The translations under genes were made by a program, and so were the position numbers. Shown piece after piece: positions 36,656 through 49,400 of a stretch of 64,000 bases of DNA. Source of the stretch: Klebsormidium nitens (taxonomy: Eukaryota > Plantae > Klebsormidiophyceae); NCBI GenBank assembly GCA_000708835.1, contig DF236963.1, positions 62,001 to 126,000 on the forward strand, in the 5' to 3' direction. The first letter of the stretch is position 1, and every line of letters starts with the position of its first letter. A model generated the notes under the pieces. The model worked only from the letters and a program-made list of their open reading frames with translations. It was not told the DNA's origin and did not search any database.

Positions 36656-36949
36656 ATATGCATCTTGAATATGTAAAAAGCACTGCGCTGGCCAAGCCAA
36701 CTCAAAGTCGGGCAGTGAGACAGTGAGCTTGCCACAGCACCTCAATTGTCAACGACACGACCGGAACTTGAGTGTGTGAGTGGCCGTGAAGAGATTTCCA
36801 CCGCCTGCGAAAGCAGACAAAGCCAATGGCCTCGCACCTAACGTGCTATGCACTGCTCGTGCAGCTCTATGATGGATAGCCCTAGAGGCTGGCGTGACTC
36901 CGCTGCAAGCCTGAAGGCCGCTCGACTCTCGAGATATTCTAAGGTATAC

Positions 36950-37780
36950 CGTAGTACGTACGTAGTGTCGTTGACTCGTTGCAGTTGACTGTTGACTTTT
37001 CCGGCGAGATAGTGCCCGCGCCAAAGTGCGCCAAACTAGCTCGCCGGAAAAACCCTATCTAGACAAGGCTGTAAGTACGTACCCGTTCAAACTTCAAACC
37101 GTACGGCTTGTACATCACCTACAGGTACGGTACCTAATCATTTCTCTCGGCACCACTGTGCCCCCGATTGACAGGTCCGGCGACAACTTAGATTGTGTAT
37201 GCAGTAGTATGTCGCTCGTTCCCGGGAAGTCCATTCAACGGCCTCGCATGATTGCCTGCACCGGTACGTACCTAGATTCAGTTGAATGCAAATGCCATGT
37301 CACACTGACACACTGACACACTGACACACCGACACTCTGAGGTACGGTACGCAAGATGCTGCCGGCCGTTACAGATGGTAGCAAATGTACGCCCGAACTC
37401 ATGTCTCCAACCGGGGCCGATGCCCAGGGCGGTAATGCGCCGAACTAGGTACCTAGCGAGGTACTTTAAATTGAGGCGCCGGGCACGCGGCCTTGCTGCG
37501 GCCGGGCTTTTCCGATCTTAGCTCGAACGCAACTCTGCGATAGCTTATGCACTAAGCCGTGACTGTAAGTTAGGTAAGTAGGTACTACTGTAGGTACGTA
37601 CCTGGTACCGTAATCCGTGAGTCTCAGGACAAGCTCAGGTTGACTGTTGAGGCTGTGACTCGTGTGACGGTAGGTCTAAGGTACCTACTGTTTGTGTACA
37701 CTTTCAATCCCCTACAGACTAAGCTCTACCTATAGGTCTACACTGAACAGTACTCGATGCAGTTGGTAGGTAGGTACCTA
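36950..37780. promoter_or_regulatory. GTAC-dense upstream region (candidate SBP/SPL-CRR1 binding cluster)
   Basis: I count 23 GTAC tetramers in about 830 bp (about 3 expected at uniform composition), located 260-1090 bp upstream of the ATG at 38038. The regulatory role is inference. Confidence 0.4.
37301..37335. repeat. 8-bp tandem repeat (CACTGACA)x~4
   Basis: cacactgacacactgacacactgacacaccgacac. Confidence 0.85.
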
Positions 37781-38037
37781 GGTATCGAATGGGCCAGTCT
37801 GCTAGTGTTGAGAGATACCTGTTGCTTGTTGTCAATGTGTACCTGCATCCGAGTCCTTCCTAAAAACTTTGAAGGATGCAGAAGCTTTCCTCGAGTTTCG
37901 TTTGAGCCTGTGCCAGCTCATATTCATGCTTCAACTGATCCTAGTCCTTTACTACCTATTTGGTCCCTGTCGCGTCAAACTACTTGCCACTGTACCAAAA
38001 CGCCCGCTGAGGAGGTCGATCGCGTCAGCATCTTCCA

Positions 38038-41000
38038 ATGGCGACTTGTCGGATCCCTGCACTTCTTACATTGCTGACTGTGGCCGCCCTCAGCCTGTCT
38101 AAGGCTGCAGGTAAGCGACACAATGATTGCTACCAGGCTGAGGAGCTGCAATGCAAGGAGAAGGACACAAATCATCATGACAGAACTATGAAATTACGAG
38201 TATTTTGATGCAGCTCTGAGAATAGGAGTGTTGCGGCCCAGAGATGGGGCTGACCTTTTTGCTTCATATCTTGACATGGCTCTATCTCTCTTCAATGGCG
38301 CTCCCTGCCATGTTGCCGACTCATTTGCATTCCAAGACAATATTAGAGTAGTTGACGGCTGGCTAGACTCCAGTCATTTTAGATTTTCGGAGTACCATTG
38401 ATTGCAATTATATTGATACAAGCTTGTGTTGAAAATCAGATATAGATTAGTGTATTAACCTGGCCACTTGCTTTTCCAATCATATGAACTTGGTAGGAAC
38501 ACATTGTTTCATGACTGCTCCTTATTCATACCTCCATTGAGCTGCTTTATTGGACCAAGCGCCCCAAAGCACCCCCGCCAACAATGTCCAGACTTCAGGT
38601 TCGAGATTGACGTGTTCTTGAGACAATTCTATTAGATCATTTGTGATCATTGTCAATCATTGAACATGTGATCTTCCTCACACCTCCAACCATCAATGAA
38701 GCTTGGCGCCTGGCTGTCTAGCGAGGCTCCATATATTGTACTCAGCGTCTGATCCCATGCCCTCAACTCTACTATCACCTTTTACCAGACCTCTGCAGTC
38801 TTTGTAGCTCAACTTAGCCAAAACCTATAAAGTAAAGACTTGAGAGATCCTGTAATTCCATCCAATAATGATGTGTTAAGGACTATTTCAACATATTATC
38901 ACATCATAGAATCTCTTTTATCTTTGACATACTTCTTGTTTGCCTATTCAATCAGGCCAGAGTTGCCCCTCTGCGACTCCCAACACCTGCTTCAATGCCC
39001 CGGGTACTGCCTCCATTTGCTGCCCTGGGAGCTGCGGTGCCAGCACGGGCCCCAATGGAATGACCGCCACATGTGCGGGTGCTGCGGTGGGAATAGCCTC
39101 ACAATCCAGAGCTTCAATGCACATTCCAAGTACTTACATTGGACCAGGCTGCTTGTGAACCTCTCGGCGTTGGTAGAGCCTTGCCAGCTTTTCCACACCA
39201 GCTGATTGTAGGGCAGTCAAGTAGATACTAACAGTTCTTTCTTGAAGCTGCTAGTCAGGGCTACACCATCATGATTTTAGAGTTGATCAACATCGTGCGA
39301 GCTCTCCCAATTCAAAATTGCACCCCTGAAATAGTGGAAGCTTGAAATGAATCGATTCCTTATTTGACAATTCTGTCTTCAGCTGCAATAAAGCTGCGCT
39401 GACCTGACGTTGCCTCTACCTATTGGTACAGACGCCTACCTTATCCAACCGTGCTATTTTCAACTTTACGGAAGCTAACACTAATTGCGAAGGCCAAGCA
39501 GCCGCCCCAGGGCAGGGCAACACCTTTGGTGACTGGTGTACTTACATGTAAGCCAGCATGCTTTGAGTCTGCTTCTTTGCATTCTTCGAGGGAAAAGGGG
39601 TTGCTTTGCTGTATTTAATGGATTCTTACTCAAAGCTAGCAAGTCTCCATTGTGGTGATCTAGCCAGGCCTTTTGAGTCAGCGGAGACGCGATTGTTTGG
39701 TAATGCTGTTCTTTCGAATGTATGGTATTCTGATGACAAACCTAATGCTACTAAACCATAATCTGAGATCGACATTGCGATCATTGATACCAGAAACGAT
39801 GGTACCATAGGTCAGAGGTCCAAACTGGGTTGATCACGTGGTTCAGACAGCCAGGAATACAACATGAATTGATGGTGACAGTTCCCAATCCTTCAAATAA
39901 GCTCAAAAACTTCTGCTTGTGTTCAGCTGGTGCTGATACAGGAAGTCCATGCAAGCTATTTCCTGGTGTGTAATGCACTTGGGTCTCATCAATGGTGAAA
40001 GACCCCTTACCCGCTCTTTGACCGAGGAGACGGCAATATCTCCCTGCAGTGCCCCCCTGGTGGATGAGAGCAACAACGTGATCGGGAATACCACTTACTT
40101 GATCAGCAACTACCGCACATCGACACCCTCGGGCAACTATTATGAGCTCAACATTGAGACCTTCTTCTTTGGCCCCGACGACTCTGGCAAGACGGACAGC
40201 ATCAGCATTTATGGAGTCCTGCTAGCTGAGGTGAGGGTTCCTCCTTCGACTCCACAGGGAGCTTCGTGATTTTTGAACCCTTTCTCAACCTTGTGCCTCT
40301 GCACATGACAAGGAAGGCCAATGGCCAGAATATGGCGGCCTTCCCTTTTCCTTTGTATTCTCTGTTTTCTTAATTGTCTTTTCGTCTTTTGAGGAGGACA
40401 CTTTGGCCGTACTTGATCACGAAGAGCATGACGCACTGGATTTGTTTGCAACCTCCTAATAATATTTGCCGTAGGTTTACAGCCCACACTACTCGGCTCG
40501 CTTTTACAACATCTTGTGAGTATTTCGGCTGCTGCACCGGCTTTGAGACCTGGGATTGGATTTAGACTCTCCATGATTCCCAAGAGGAACATCGAAGTTG
40601 CACAACTCAAAAATCCTTGTTTTGCTTGATCTTAAGCATTTCAAGCTAGCTTCGAGATTGTTGATCAAACCGGGGACGGAAGCACGCAAACGCCGACGGC
40701 TCTACTCCTGTACTCTTGTACGTACTTACCGTAACCTACATTTCAGACGCAACTGCCGGCACAGTTCCATCAAGGAACCCGGCTCATTCAGAACGGTCTT
40801 CACACGTTCCAAAATCGAGTCAACTTCTGAAAACAGGTCCCAGAGTCCCAAAGGCTTTCAATTTCTTTTGAAAATAGTAGGACTTCTGCACTCTTGAATT
40901 CCCTTCCCTACCTGAGACCAGCTCCAGACTGGAAGCTTCTGGAAGTTTCACATTACTTCGCGTATTGATTCCTAGTGTACACCCGTTTCGCAGGAAACAG

Positions 41001-41125
41001 AGCTGATCGTTCTCGGAGGCACAGGGAAGTACCGTGGAGCCAAGGGATACGTGCTGACCCGGCCGGCTGAGTGTAACGACGCGGGAGATGTTTGCTATTT
41101 TCCCAAGGACTTTTTCTTGGTCTAA
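38038..41125 (+). CDS. Secreted protein: signal peptide + 6-Cys module + allene-oxide-cyclase/dirigent-like beta-barrel
   Basis: Exon 38038-38110 is MATCRIPALLTLLTVAALSLSKAA (signal peptide). The exon from 38956 is GQSCPSATPNTCFNAPGTASICCPGSCGASTGPNGMTATC. Tentative exons lie at about 39258-39294 and 39493-39547 (GNTFGDWCTYI). Exon 40050-40230 is APLVDESNNVIG...YYELNIETFFFG...SISIYGVLLAE. Exon 40994-41125 is ETELIVLGGTGKYRGAKGYV; an alternative last exon may lie at 41179-41221. IxGGTGxYxGAxG is the AOC/dirigent barrel signature. Confidence 0.7.
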
Positions 41126-42432
41126 CTAGAATCTCGTTTGTGGACAACTACTGTAGGCACTTTTTGTGTTGGCTGCAGGGTCAAAGAAAATGAGCTGAGA
41201 CTCTACTTGGAGTTGATGTAACGTACAGGTACGAGTTCTGCGGCTAGTTAATTTCCGACATCTGAGGATGAGGAGCTTACTGGTTCTTTGCCCCGATCCT
41301 AGATTGACATGTAAGTTAGCTCTAAGAGGGTAATGGGCTGAATTTCTGAACCATGACTAACCAGGTACGAATTGAGGTCATCTTATCGCGCCGCTTGTGC
41401 GCTGATGACGTTCGTCTCAATCAAACCGATTCCCTCTGAAGTTTCGCCACCACATAGATTCGGATACGCCGAGTCGAGAAAGGCATGCTTTCAGGTACTC
41501 CTGCCACTTGAATCCGGGACAACGCGTGCAGTAGGGCTTATGATTGCGAGACACTAGTATCTCCGTCCGTGAAATCATCTACGTTAGCGATCACGAAGCC
41601 GGCCTGAGTCAGGGCATGTGAGCTGCATAAGCTGAGCAATCACTGAGCTTGGTGGGCCAACTGCGCCGACATGGGGCAACTTATATGAGCAGTGCCTGCA
41701 CATCATGCATCCCCGGCGCGGCCCATGTTCGATCCACTTTCACGAAACCCGCCTGCCAGGCTGGGTTGCCTCTCCAGCACTTCTTGCTCATGAGCGCTGC
41801 CTGACTGGATGCTGTACATCATGCCAAAGCCACTTCACATGAATACATTTGGTTTCCTGATTGCCACTTCAATCACATTCATTCAGTGAGGGCATGGGCG
41901 CTTAAACTAACATCACCACGCGGAGTGCAACTCTTCGCGAGCGAAGGGAATTGCCGATCGACCAGATCCAGCTAGGAGGCTGACCGACTCTAGATTGATT
42001 GGTCGCTAGGTAGAACCGACTTCACCGTCTGCGTATGTCCCTTTAGGCGATTGGGGCCACGCGGAAACCGATCGCAAAACCCTGCAGATGCGCAGCTGCT
42101 GGTGGGCCCGGCCGGTCGGTTGGAAAACGGACACTTTCGGAACTTCCTGGCAAACACTATGTGAGTGGCGGGGCTCAAGGAATGCAAGGGGCAGATCGAG
42201 ATACGACGGCGCATGAAAGCTTCGTCATCTCTCATCAATTCAATACCTGCCTGCGAAGCCCAAACAAGGGCCGTCTACTCCTCCAATCCTCTCGGAAACT
42301 GCTGTTCTATTTCTGCTCTCTCTCACTTCGAAGTTCTTTCGCTGATTATTAACAGTATTTGTCAAAAGACGCTCCTATTTCACAAAGCCACCATCAGCAC
42401 GTATTACCGGCTCTTCCGCAGATTAGCACGTA

Positions 42433-45400
42433 TCACTGGCCTATGCAGAACTTTCGCTCAGTAAACAAACGTTGTAGTTCTAAGGGACGTTTCGACCCTC
42501 GACTGGCCGCAGAACACAGCTCAGCAGCAATCGCGCACCGGTTGAACGCGCGCTCGACTTTGCGCCACCGTTCCCCGACGAAGCTACCGTCCTGCTCCTC
42601 TATCCAAGCCACGACCTTCCCGGGATCGTCGAGCAGCCCGTCCAGCGAAGCGTCCGCCTCTAGTTCTCGCTCCTGCCAGAGAACGATCCCGCTCGTCTCG
42701 TCCCACTCCGGCCACTTCTCCACTGCCGACCGCTCCCCTAGCCGCGCATACACCGCCGCGCGCAGCGGCCGCGTGATTCCGTGCAGGTTCCCCATCCGCT
42801 TATCGGAAGAGCTGCTCGTGCCGCGGCAGATCTCCCCTCCCCGTAGGCTCGGGTTCAGCTTGCACCCGCCGTCCCCGACGCTTTGCCCCGCCCACTTTGC
42901 CAGCGTAAAATCAATCTCCCGAGTATGTGCCCGGCTCGTACTACCGGGCGCCGCAAACGCAAGACGAAGCTTCCCGTGCACAATTCCCCAGTTGTTGCAC
43001 ACGCGGACTCGCGGTATGTACCGGAAGAAGTCGCTGTCCTTGCTCAGCACGCAGCTGCCGGGGGCCCCGGCCGCGGCGAGGGCCGCGATGACGTCATCTG
43101 CGTCAGCGTCGAGGGGCCGGATGACGCGGATGCCTGCGGTTTCGAGGACGTCCGAGAAGAAGCCGTCGATGCCGAGTACCATGTGCTTGTCTGCGCGGCG
43201 AGCCAGAAAGGGTTTTGATTGTATGAAGAAGAGGTTAGAAGCTTGTAGGGAGATGTGCGACATCATCCTTTTGATAGAACAATTCGAGGATTGATTTGCT
43301 TGTGCGTATGCAGACTTGTTGCAGATAGGACAGGTCGCTGAACGAAAGCTTTGATTAGCAGAACTAAGCTGTACGAAATTGCCCCGAAAGATCCGAGCAA
43401 TCCAAGGAGAAAAGAACATCAAAGAGAAACGAGAAGCGATAAAACAACGCATGCTCTGCTTACCTTCTTGACGAATCTCCTTATTCCTGCGGAGCCGCCA
43501 CTTGGCCTGCGCCTCGGCGGTCTTCGTCGCCGCATCGATGACGGCAACTAGAGCGAGGCCCGAGGCGCGTGCGGCTTTGGCGAACGACATCACGCGCTCT
43601 TCCATAGCCCCGAGTTCCCGCCAGGGGTCGCGCCGTGCAGAGAACAGGTTCCAGAACTTGTCCAGCCAGTTTAGAGCGTCCATCACGATCGTCGTCGGTT
43701 TGGAAGCGGGGTCCGGGGTCGAGCGATGATTGATGCTGTTTGGGGGAGCTTGCAATGGGATGCTTGCGGTCCCAACCTGCATGACGGGGTCATCAGGTTA
43801 ACAGTTAATGATGTTTGGCGGTTCGGAGAACATATGAAAGCGTTTTGAGGGTGGAAGAAAAGTTGCCGTGAAGGAAGAGAGTTGGTTCGATTGAAAGCCT
43901 GGGTGCCGTCGAGAGCGAAGGTTACCGCAAATGGTGGGTGTGGGGGCAGACTTGCAGACTTGATTGCATGAGATGTGTATCGGGCCTCGGTTAAATACAA
44001 CAACGGCGTTCTCCAAATGGAGGTCCACAGCTCAGCTCGGCCATTTTGAAGTCAGTTATTTCGTTTCAGTGGCAAGAAGAGAACCAGTTGCAATATGATG
44101 CTAATTGTCCCTTATGGACACGTGGTCTCCGCTCTTGACGTAGAATATGAAACTCGGTCAGACTGAAGATGCAAGCTATGATTAGAAGACAGTAGGAGCA
44201 GGATCTGCCTCTGTGTTTCCCAGCAAATCGTGGTCTGAAGGGACTCGTCAGTGGGCACACATCACTTCCGCCTGCAGTGACCAAGTTTGAAGTGATACCG
44301 GTCATTAGTAGAAGCTAAATGAACCGACCGATATGCCCACTGAGCGTACGAACCTGTGATGTGATTTTTAACCGCGAGGGCAATATCTGAAGCCCTTACA
44401 GACGAACTTGACAAGTATACGCAAGTGTAGATGGATGAAGACGTTTCTTTAAGGAGAGACTGTCGTTGTTTGATATTGTCTTGAGCTTTCAATGATTTTT
44501 TCCTGATTGTTTATCGCCCAGCTTACAAACCTCTTTGGGAGAGTCCTCCTTTTCTGAGACTCCTTTTGAGAGAAGGCAGCCAGCATGTGGCACTCTCCAG
44601 ATTGGTCCGTTTTTCCCAGGGAATGGGTCGATTATGCCTGGGCCATCAGTCTGCAAACACCAGAAATATTCATGTAAGTCGATTGCGGATCTCAAACCTG
44701 GACTTTAAAGTACTCAAGCTCTTCAATATAGCATGTGTATGTCTGCAGTTCCAGGTGGTCAGCCAGGTCCTAGTTTACATCTCTCGCTTCTCAACAAGAC
44801 CTTCTGTGCGTTAACTTCACACACGACCAGACGGACTTGAAACTAAGTTTGGCCTTCATCATGTTAGCTGCTCGTCAGTCGCTGTATTTCGAGCGAGCTC
44901 CTGTTGTAGAAGAACTGTTACATCCTGACGGAGAGCATCTTTGGCATGAGTAAAAGCACAGTGGGCATGTTCACAACAGATGAAAATGTGCAAGCAGTCA
45001 AATGACCAGAGCGTTGCACACTCCCATGCAGAGAGTGGCAATCATAGCCTAGCCCTTAAACCAGGGGCTTCTAATATAGGTAGGAATAGGCGCTTGCAAG
45101 TTCCACTTGTATTGAGTTGGTTTTGGATCTGCCAAAATGAGACGTGATGGCATTGACTGCCATTAAGACACACTCACATATACAGGAAGTAAGGCACACA
45201 CACCTCTCTTTCCTTGCAATTGCTTCACCCACCTGCTCTTCATCGCTTGCTGTCACGCCTTCTTCAAGTCCCTTGCCCTTTGCTCCTGCTTCCATCCCCA
45301 CATTGGCACCCAAATGTGCGGTACAGTCCACACCACCAATCGGTGCAGCATTCTTCTCCCGCACTGCTCTTGCTGCTGCTTTGGCGTGCTTCTTCCCCAG

Positions 45401-45493
45401 CTCATGCTGTGTCAGCATCTTCAGACTCGTGCATACGAGCTTGCAGAGGGTGCATTCCCATTGAGCCTCTATTGAGCTGCCGCTCGCGGCCAT
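42433..45493 (-). CDS. U1/matrin-type C2H2 zinc finger + PIN (FEN/XPG/Asteroid-like) nuclease-domain protein
   Basis: Exon 45233-45493 contains WECTLCKLVCTSLKMLTQHELGKKH (Cx2Cx12Hx5H). A tentative exon lies at 44531-44650. Exons 43464-43776 and 42433-43190 carry the PIN-like acidic motifs IVMDALNW, LVAVIDA, DADADDVIAAL and VLSKDSDFFRY. The middle exons are uncertain. Confidence 0.65.
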
Positions 45494-45935
45494 TCTCCAG
45501 TCTTTCTCTTACAGCATTTTGACGCAGGCTCCGTGACTATTCAATGGTGCCAACTTTCTGCTATTCAACCGCCTGCTGCAACGGGGCCGGCTGCGCTCAT
45601 GAAGCAGGCTGCCCTTGCTATGGAGCGGGCAGCAAAAGTCGCGTGCCATTGAAGCGGTGAACTTGGGGAGGTTCAATCAATGGACCCCAAATGTCCGCTG
45701 ATCCAGCTATAGAATGTGGTGGCGAGGGGAAAACAGAAGCGGGAGCTAGCAAGCTGGTGAAATCTCTGGCATGCAGAAAGAGCAAAACGCACACGTAGTA
45801 CACTGACGGCGGATTTGCGAAATGCGGACGCTATGCGGACGATCCTGCAGAACTGTGTACACTGTTACTACACTGTCTACAGTAGGTATACCTAGAGCTC
45901 GAGTCCAAACAATGATGGAACTTGGACGTCCGCAA

Positions 45936-45961
45936 ATTAGGGTTCGCACGCAAACCCTAAT
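45936..45961. promoter_or_regulatory. Inverted pair of telobox-like motifs between divergent genes
   Basis: attagggtt-cgcacgca-aaccctaat, a perfect 9-bp inverted repeat that contains AAACCCTA. Confidence 0.45.
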
Positions 45962-46456
45962 CCAGCTTCCCAGCCTTGTTGTTGTAAACGAAATTGCTTC
46001 AGATTGCAGCTCTAGGTCACCGTACTAGGTGCCTGCATCGTGCGAAACTTGTTTTCTTGACACAGCCATGTATTAAACGTGGCTTCAGAGAATGTTCATG
46101 CGGCCAATATCTCCATTCTCAGTGAGAGTCACAACTTATGTTTCAGCTGGACATGTAAGAGGAAGCAATCCAGACAAGAACTGTGCCATGAGAGCATCGA
46201 GGCGGCTTTTGCAGCTGCATCTTCAAGGTGTGAGAGAATATCTGCATGAGTCCAATCAGTTCTTTGGAAGTCTGTTGTGAGGTCAAGGGCATCAACTATC
46301 AAAATAGCATTGGGAGCAAGTGCAGCTAGCACAAGCTTCGTAGGCGCCAACTGATTGCGTGCCAGATCAGCGGACTCTGGCTGACCTGATATCTGCAAAA
46401 TGGAGCCAGCACAAAGAGGAAAGAGCGGGTATCTGCAGATGCATGTGCAAAGCACT

Positions 46457-49400
46457 ATGGCGAAGAAGGTGAGCTCGATGAGTTACTGTCAGCCAGGGCG
46501 TCAGCTCACAGAAATTGTCTTCTTGAGAGGAGGGACTAACTTTTAGCGATGGACGCAGATTGGAGCAATGAACTTGTACTTGTGCAAGAAGTGGTAAACT
46601 GACCCATAATCGTTTGGGCTTTTTCTTGTGGGTTTTTACAACGAAGTCTGACGTTGACCAACTTATATTACCTTCCGCTGGAATTCAAGAGAGCAAATCA
46701 CCATGTGTGGTGGTGAAAACCCACATCATGACTGCAATTTCAAAATCACTCTTATCCACAAATATGAAGGCTCAGCCCCCTGGTACATTGAGGGCAGCTT
46801 TTGAATGACTGCAGTGCCACTTGATACAACAGCTTTGGAAAGGAACTATTTCCAGCACCATGGGTCAGCAGCACGTGAACACTAGATTAGCTGCTTCAGC
46901 ACATGCAATTGTCACAGAGAGGGAGGCTGGGGCAGCTTACCAGAGTGTTGTTTTCTGATCCTCAGTTTTGTGACGTTAGCAGACATGCGACCTTGTCAAG
47001 AACTGGGAGAGTCCACTGGAACTTTTGGGAGGCACAGAAACTTTTTAGAATACAGAAGACAGGAGAGGCACTGTCAAACGGGACTGAGAAAGAGAAGTGC
47101 GTTCAGCGCCATCTTCCAAAGAGCCTGTAAATGATAGCTATGTCAACATGTGCGGGCTCCCATTATGCAGTCTGGGAAGCTGGGGCGAGGCTTACTTGAG
47201 ACAGGCGGGCTGGGTGGCATGGAAGCGTACGTTGCGCACCTGGAGCGTCAACTTTCAAAGTCGGGGGCGGCAGTGGGGGGAGGCGGTGCGGACCGTTTAG
47301 GAGCCTTAGAGGCTGGTCGGAAGCAAATGGAGGAGAAGATGGCACAGTGCTTTGAGCAGCTGCAAGGGACACAAGTGAGTCGGGACCTTCTCGTTGAGGA
47401 ACCTTTTAAGACAAGCGTATGTCTTCCTCGCTGCTTCAAGCTGTTGATGTCAGTGTTTTGCCGCCCAACATAGAAACAAACAGAAGCGACAACCTCAGAA
47501 ACATTCACTCAAAACATCTTGAGACCAGGAAGGAGATTGCACTCGTGTTGCACTCATGTGATTTTTTTTGACACGGAATCCCTTAAGACGCGGAATCCTG
47601 TAAGGATGGTGCTTCTTGAACACATAACCGTCGGCCATATCCACTATGCACAAACGAGCTTTTGCTCCTATGATTTTCAAAGCCAATTGTTTTCATCGCA
47701 ATAACGGTTCGATTATTTACTGCCTGTGCTTTGCACATACCTGGTCAAAGTTCATCAAGAGTCCAAACTAATCACCTAGCGAACAGATCTCCATTGAGTG
47801 ACCAGTAGCTTGACGATCTGCACAGGATTCATTCTATGTACTAAGGCTCACGAAAACAATAAAAATCCTTTCCTTCAGGACTTCGGTGAGGAGTTGGCCA
47901 GAGACACCCATGCCCGCTTTGAGCACGCTCAGGGCCGCACACAGCGGTGTGAACGGGCCCTAAAGACGGTTTACCACGACATGCCTCGTTCCGACAAGCT
48001 CGAGGCGCTGGTTCGGGCGCTCGTAGAAAAGGAGAGCCGAGAAACGGACCGGCGGTTGGTGCAATTGGTCGACCTGAGATATAAACAGCTCGAGGAGATG
48101 TTTGAAAGGGGGGATGGGGGAAGTGGGGAGGTTGAACCGGAAAGAGAGGAGGGCAGTTCACAATTGAGGGGAACAGGACGTTTGAAGGGAAGTCCCAAAG
48201 GCGAAAAGGTGGGGGAAAGAGTCCGAAGAAGGAAACAAAGGGAAACCAGATCTGCGGGGGATGGCTCGAGGGCAGCGAACGGAGAGAGACGAGCGAATCG
48301 GAGAGCGGAATTGTTTCCGGGGACGACAAAACTGGCCCCAGAAGGACAACTTGAAGACGAGCTTGCAGATTTAGAAAGAAGAGATACGCAACATTATGTC
48401 GACTGCCAGAACGAACGGTGCGAACAGACTCACAGACGTGGAATGAACGAGTGTTGTTGTCAGCACGGCCGTCGGGAGGGAAACGGGGGGAGGGAACTAG
48501 GGGCGGCGGAGTTTGAGGAGCGCATCAGAGATGCGGTCGAGGCGGCGCTCGCTAGCAGGCTCGCCGCAAGCGATCACGCAGAAACGGCGGCACAAGAAGT
48601 AGAACCGGCTCGTGCCGCCAGCGAAGAGCCGACGGTCGGAGGAGCTGATTCTCAAGGACGGTATAGAAAAATGTCAGGAAAAGCGAACGTTGCAGGGGGA
48701 AAGAACGAGGGGGTGGTTGGGGATTGGGGCGCTGTCGATAGAGCGGAGGTTCACGGGGAAGGAACTGAAGGGGCGCGTTCTGATGAGCTGGAGGCGGCAG
48801 TCGCGACACACCGGAGGGAAAATGCGAATTTGCAAAGGTGAGAGGAGCGAGAGGTTCTTGTGCGAGAAAACGGACCAAAGTTCGGTCGCCCCTCGTTGAA
48901 GATCTTAGCGCAGAGTTTAGTGGCTGGCCATTGGATTAGTTACCTGATCTCGAGGCAGCTCTGCCAGATTCAGCGAACAAAGCGCCGACCATACGTTTCA
49001 CTGTTGTGTCTTCACAGCTCCTTCGTAGGCGCCCCATGTGCGTTGTCGGAAAGAGGGCCCCGAGCGAGCACCCATTCTTTCTCATTTCTTGCAAGCAATC
49101 CTCCTGACACGGTACTTCGGTTACTTACAGACCACTATGCTGTCTTCAGCAAAAGCACGAAAGGAGATATACATTGGTTGAACCCTGAGTCCTTTCGAAT
49201 TCCCGTACAATAGTTCTATTCGACGTCTGCCAGTAAAGTCGGCACTCTAATTGACCGGAGCGAATCTTCCCTGGTATACGTCGGCGGCACAATACCTTCC
49301 AGTCAGTCCCGTGATGACGAGTGCTTGTATCTATCTGGACCCCTCATATTCTGACGTCTTCGTCCGCTTAGACAGTATGTGAGCCACCTGCTGTCAAAGA

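Noticed and set aside
38038-41125. Calling the barrel protein a true allene oxide cyclase (AOC)
   Set aside because: It has a secretory signal and a Cys-rich module rather than a plastid transit peptide, and the catalytic residues cannot be verified by eye.
42359-43294. 311-aa plus-strand ORF
   Set aside because: Antisense shadow of the GC-rich PIN exon; Ser/Pro/Arg-rich with no motif.
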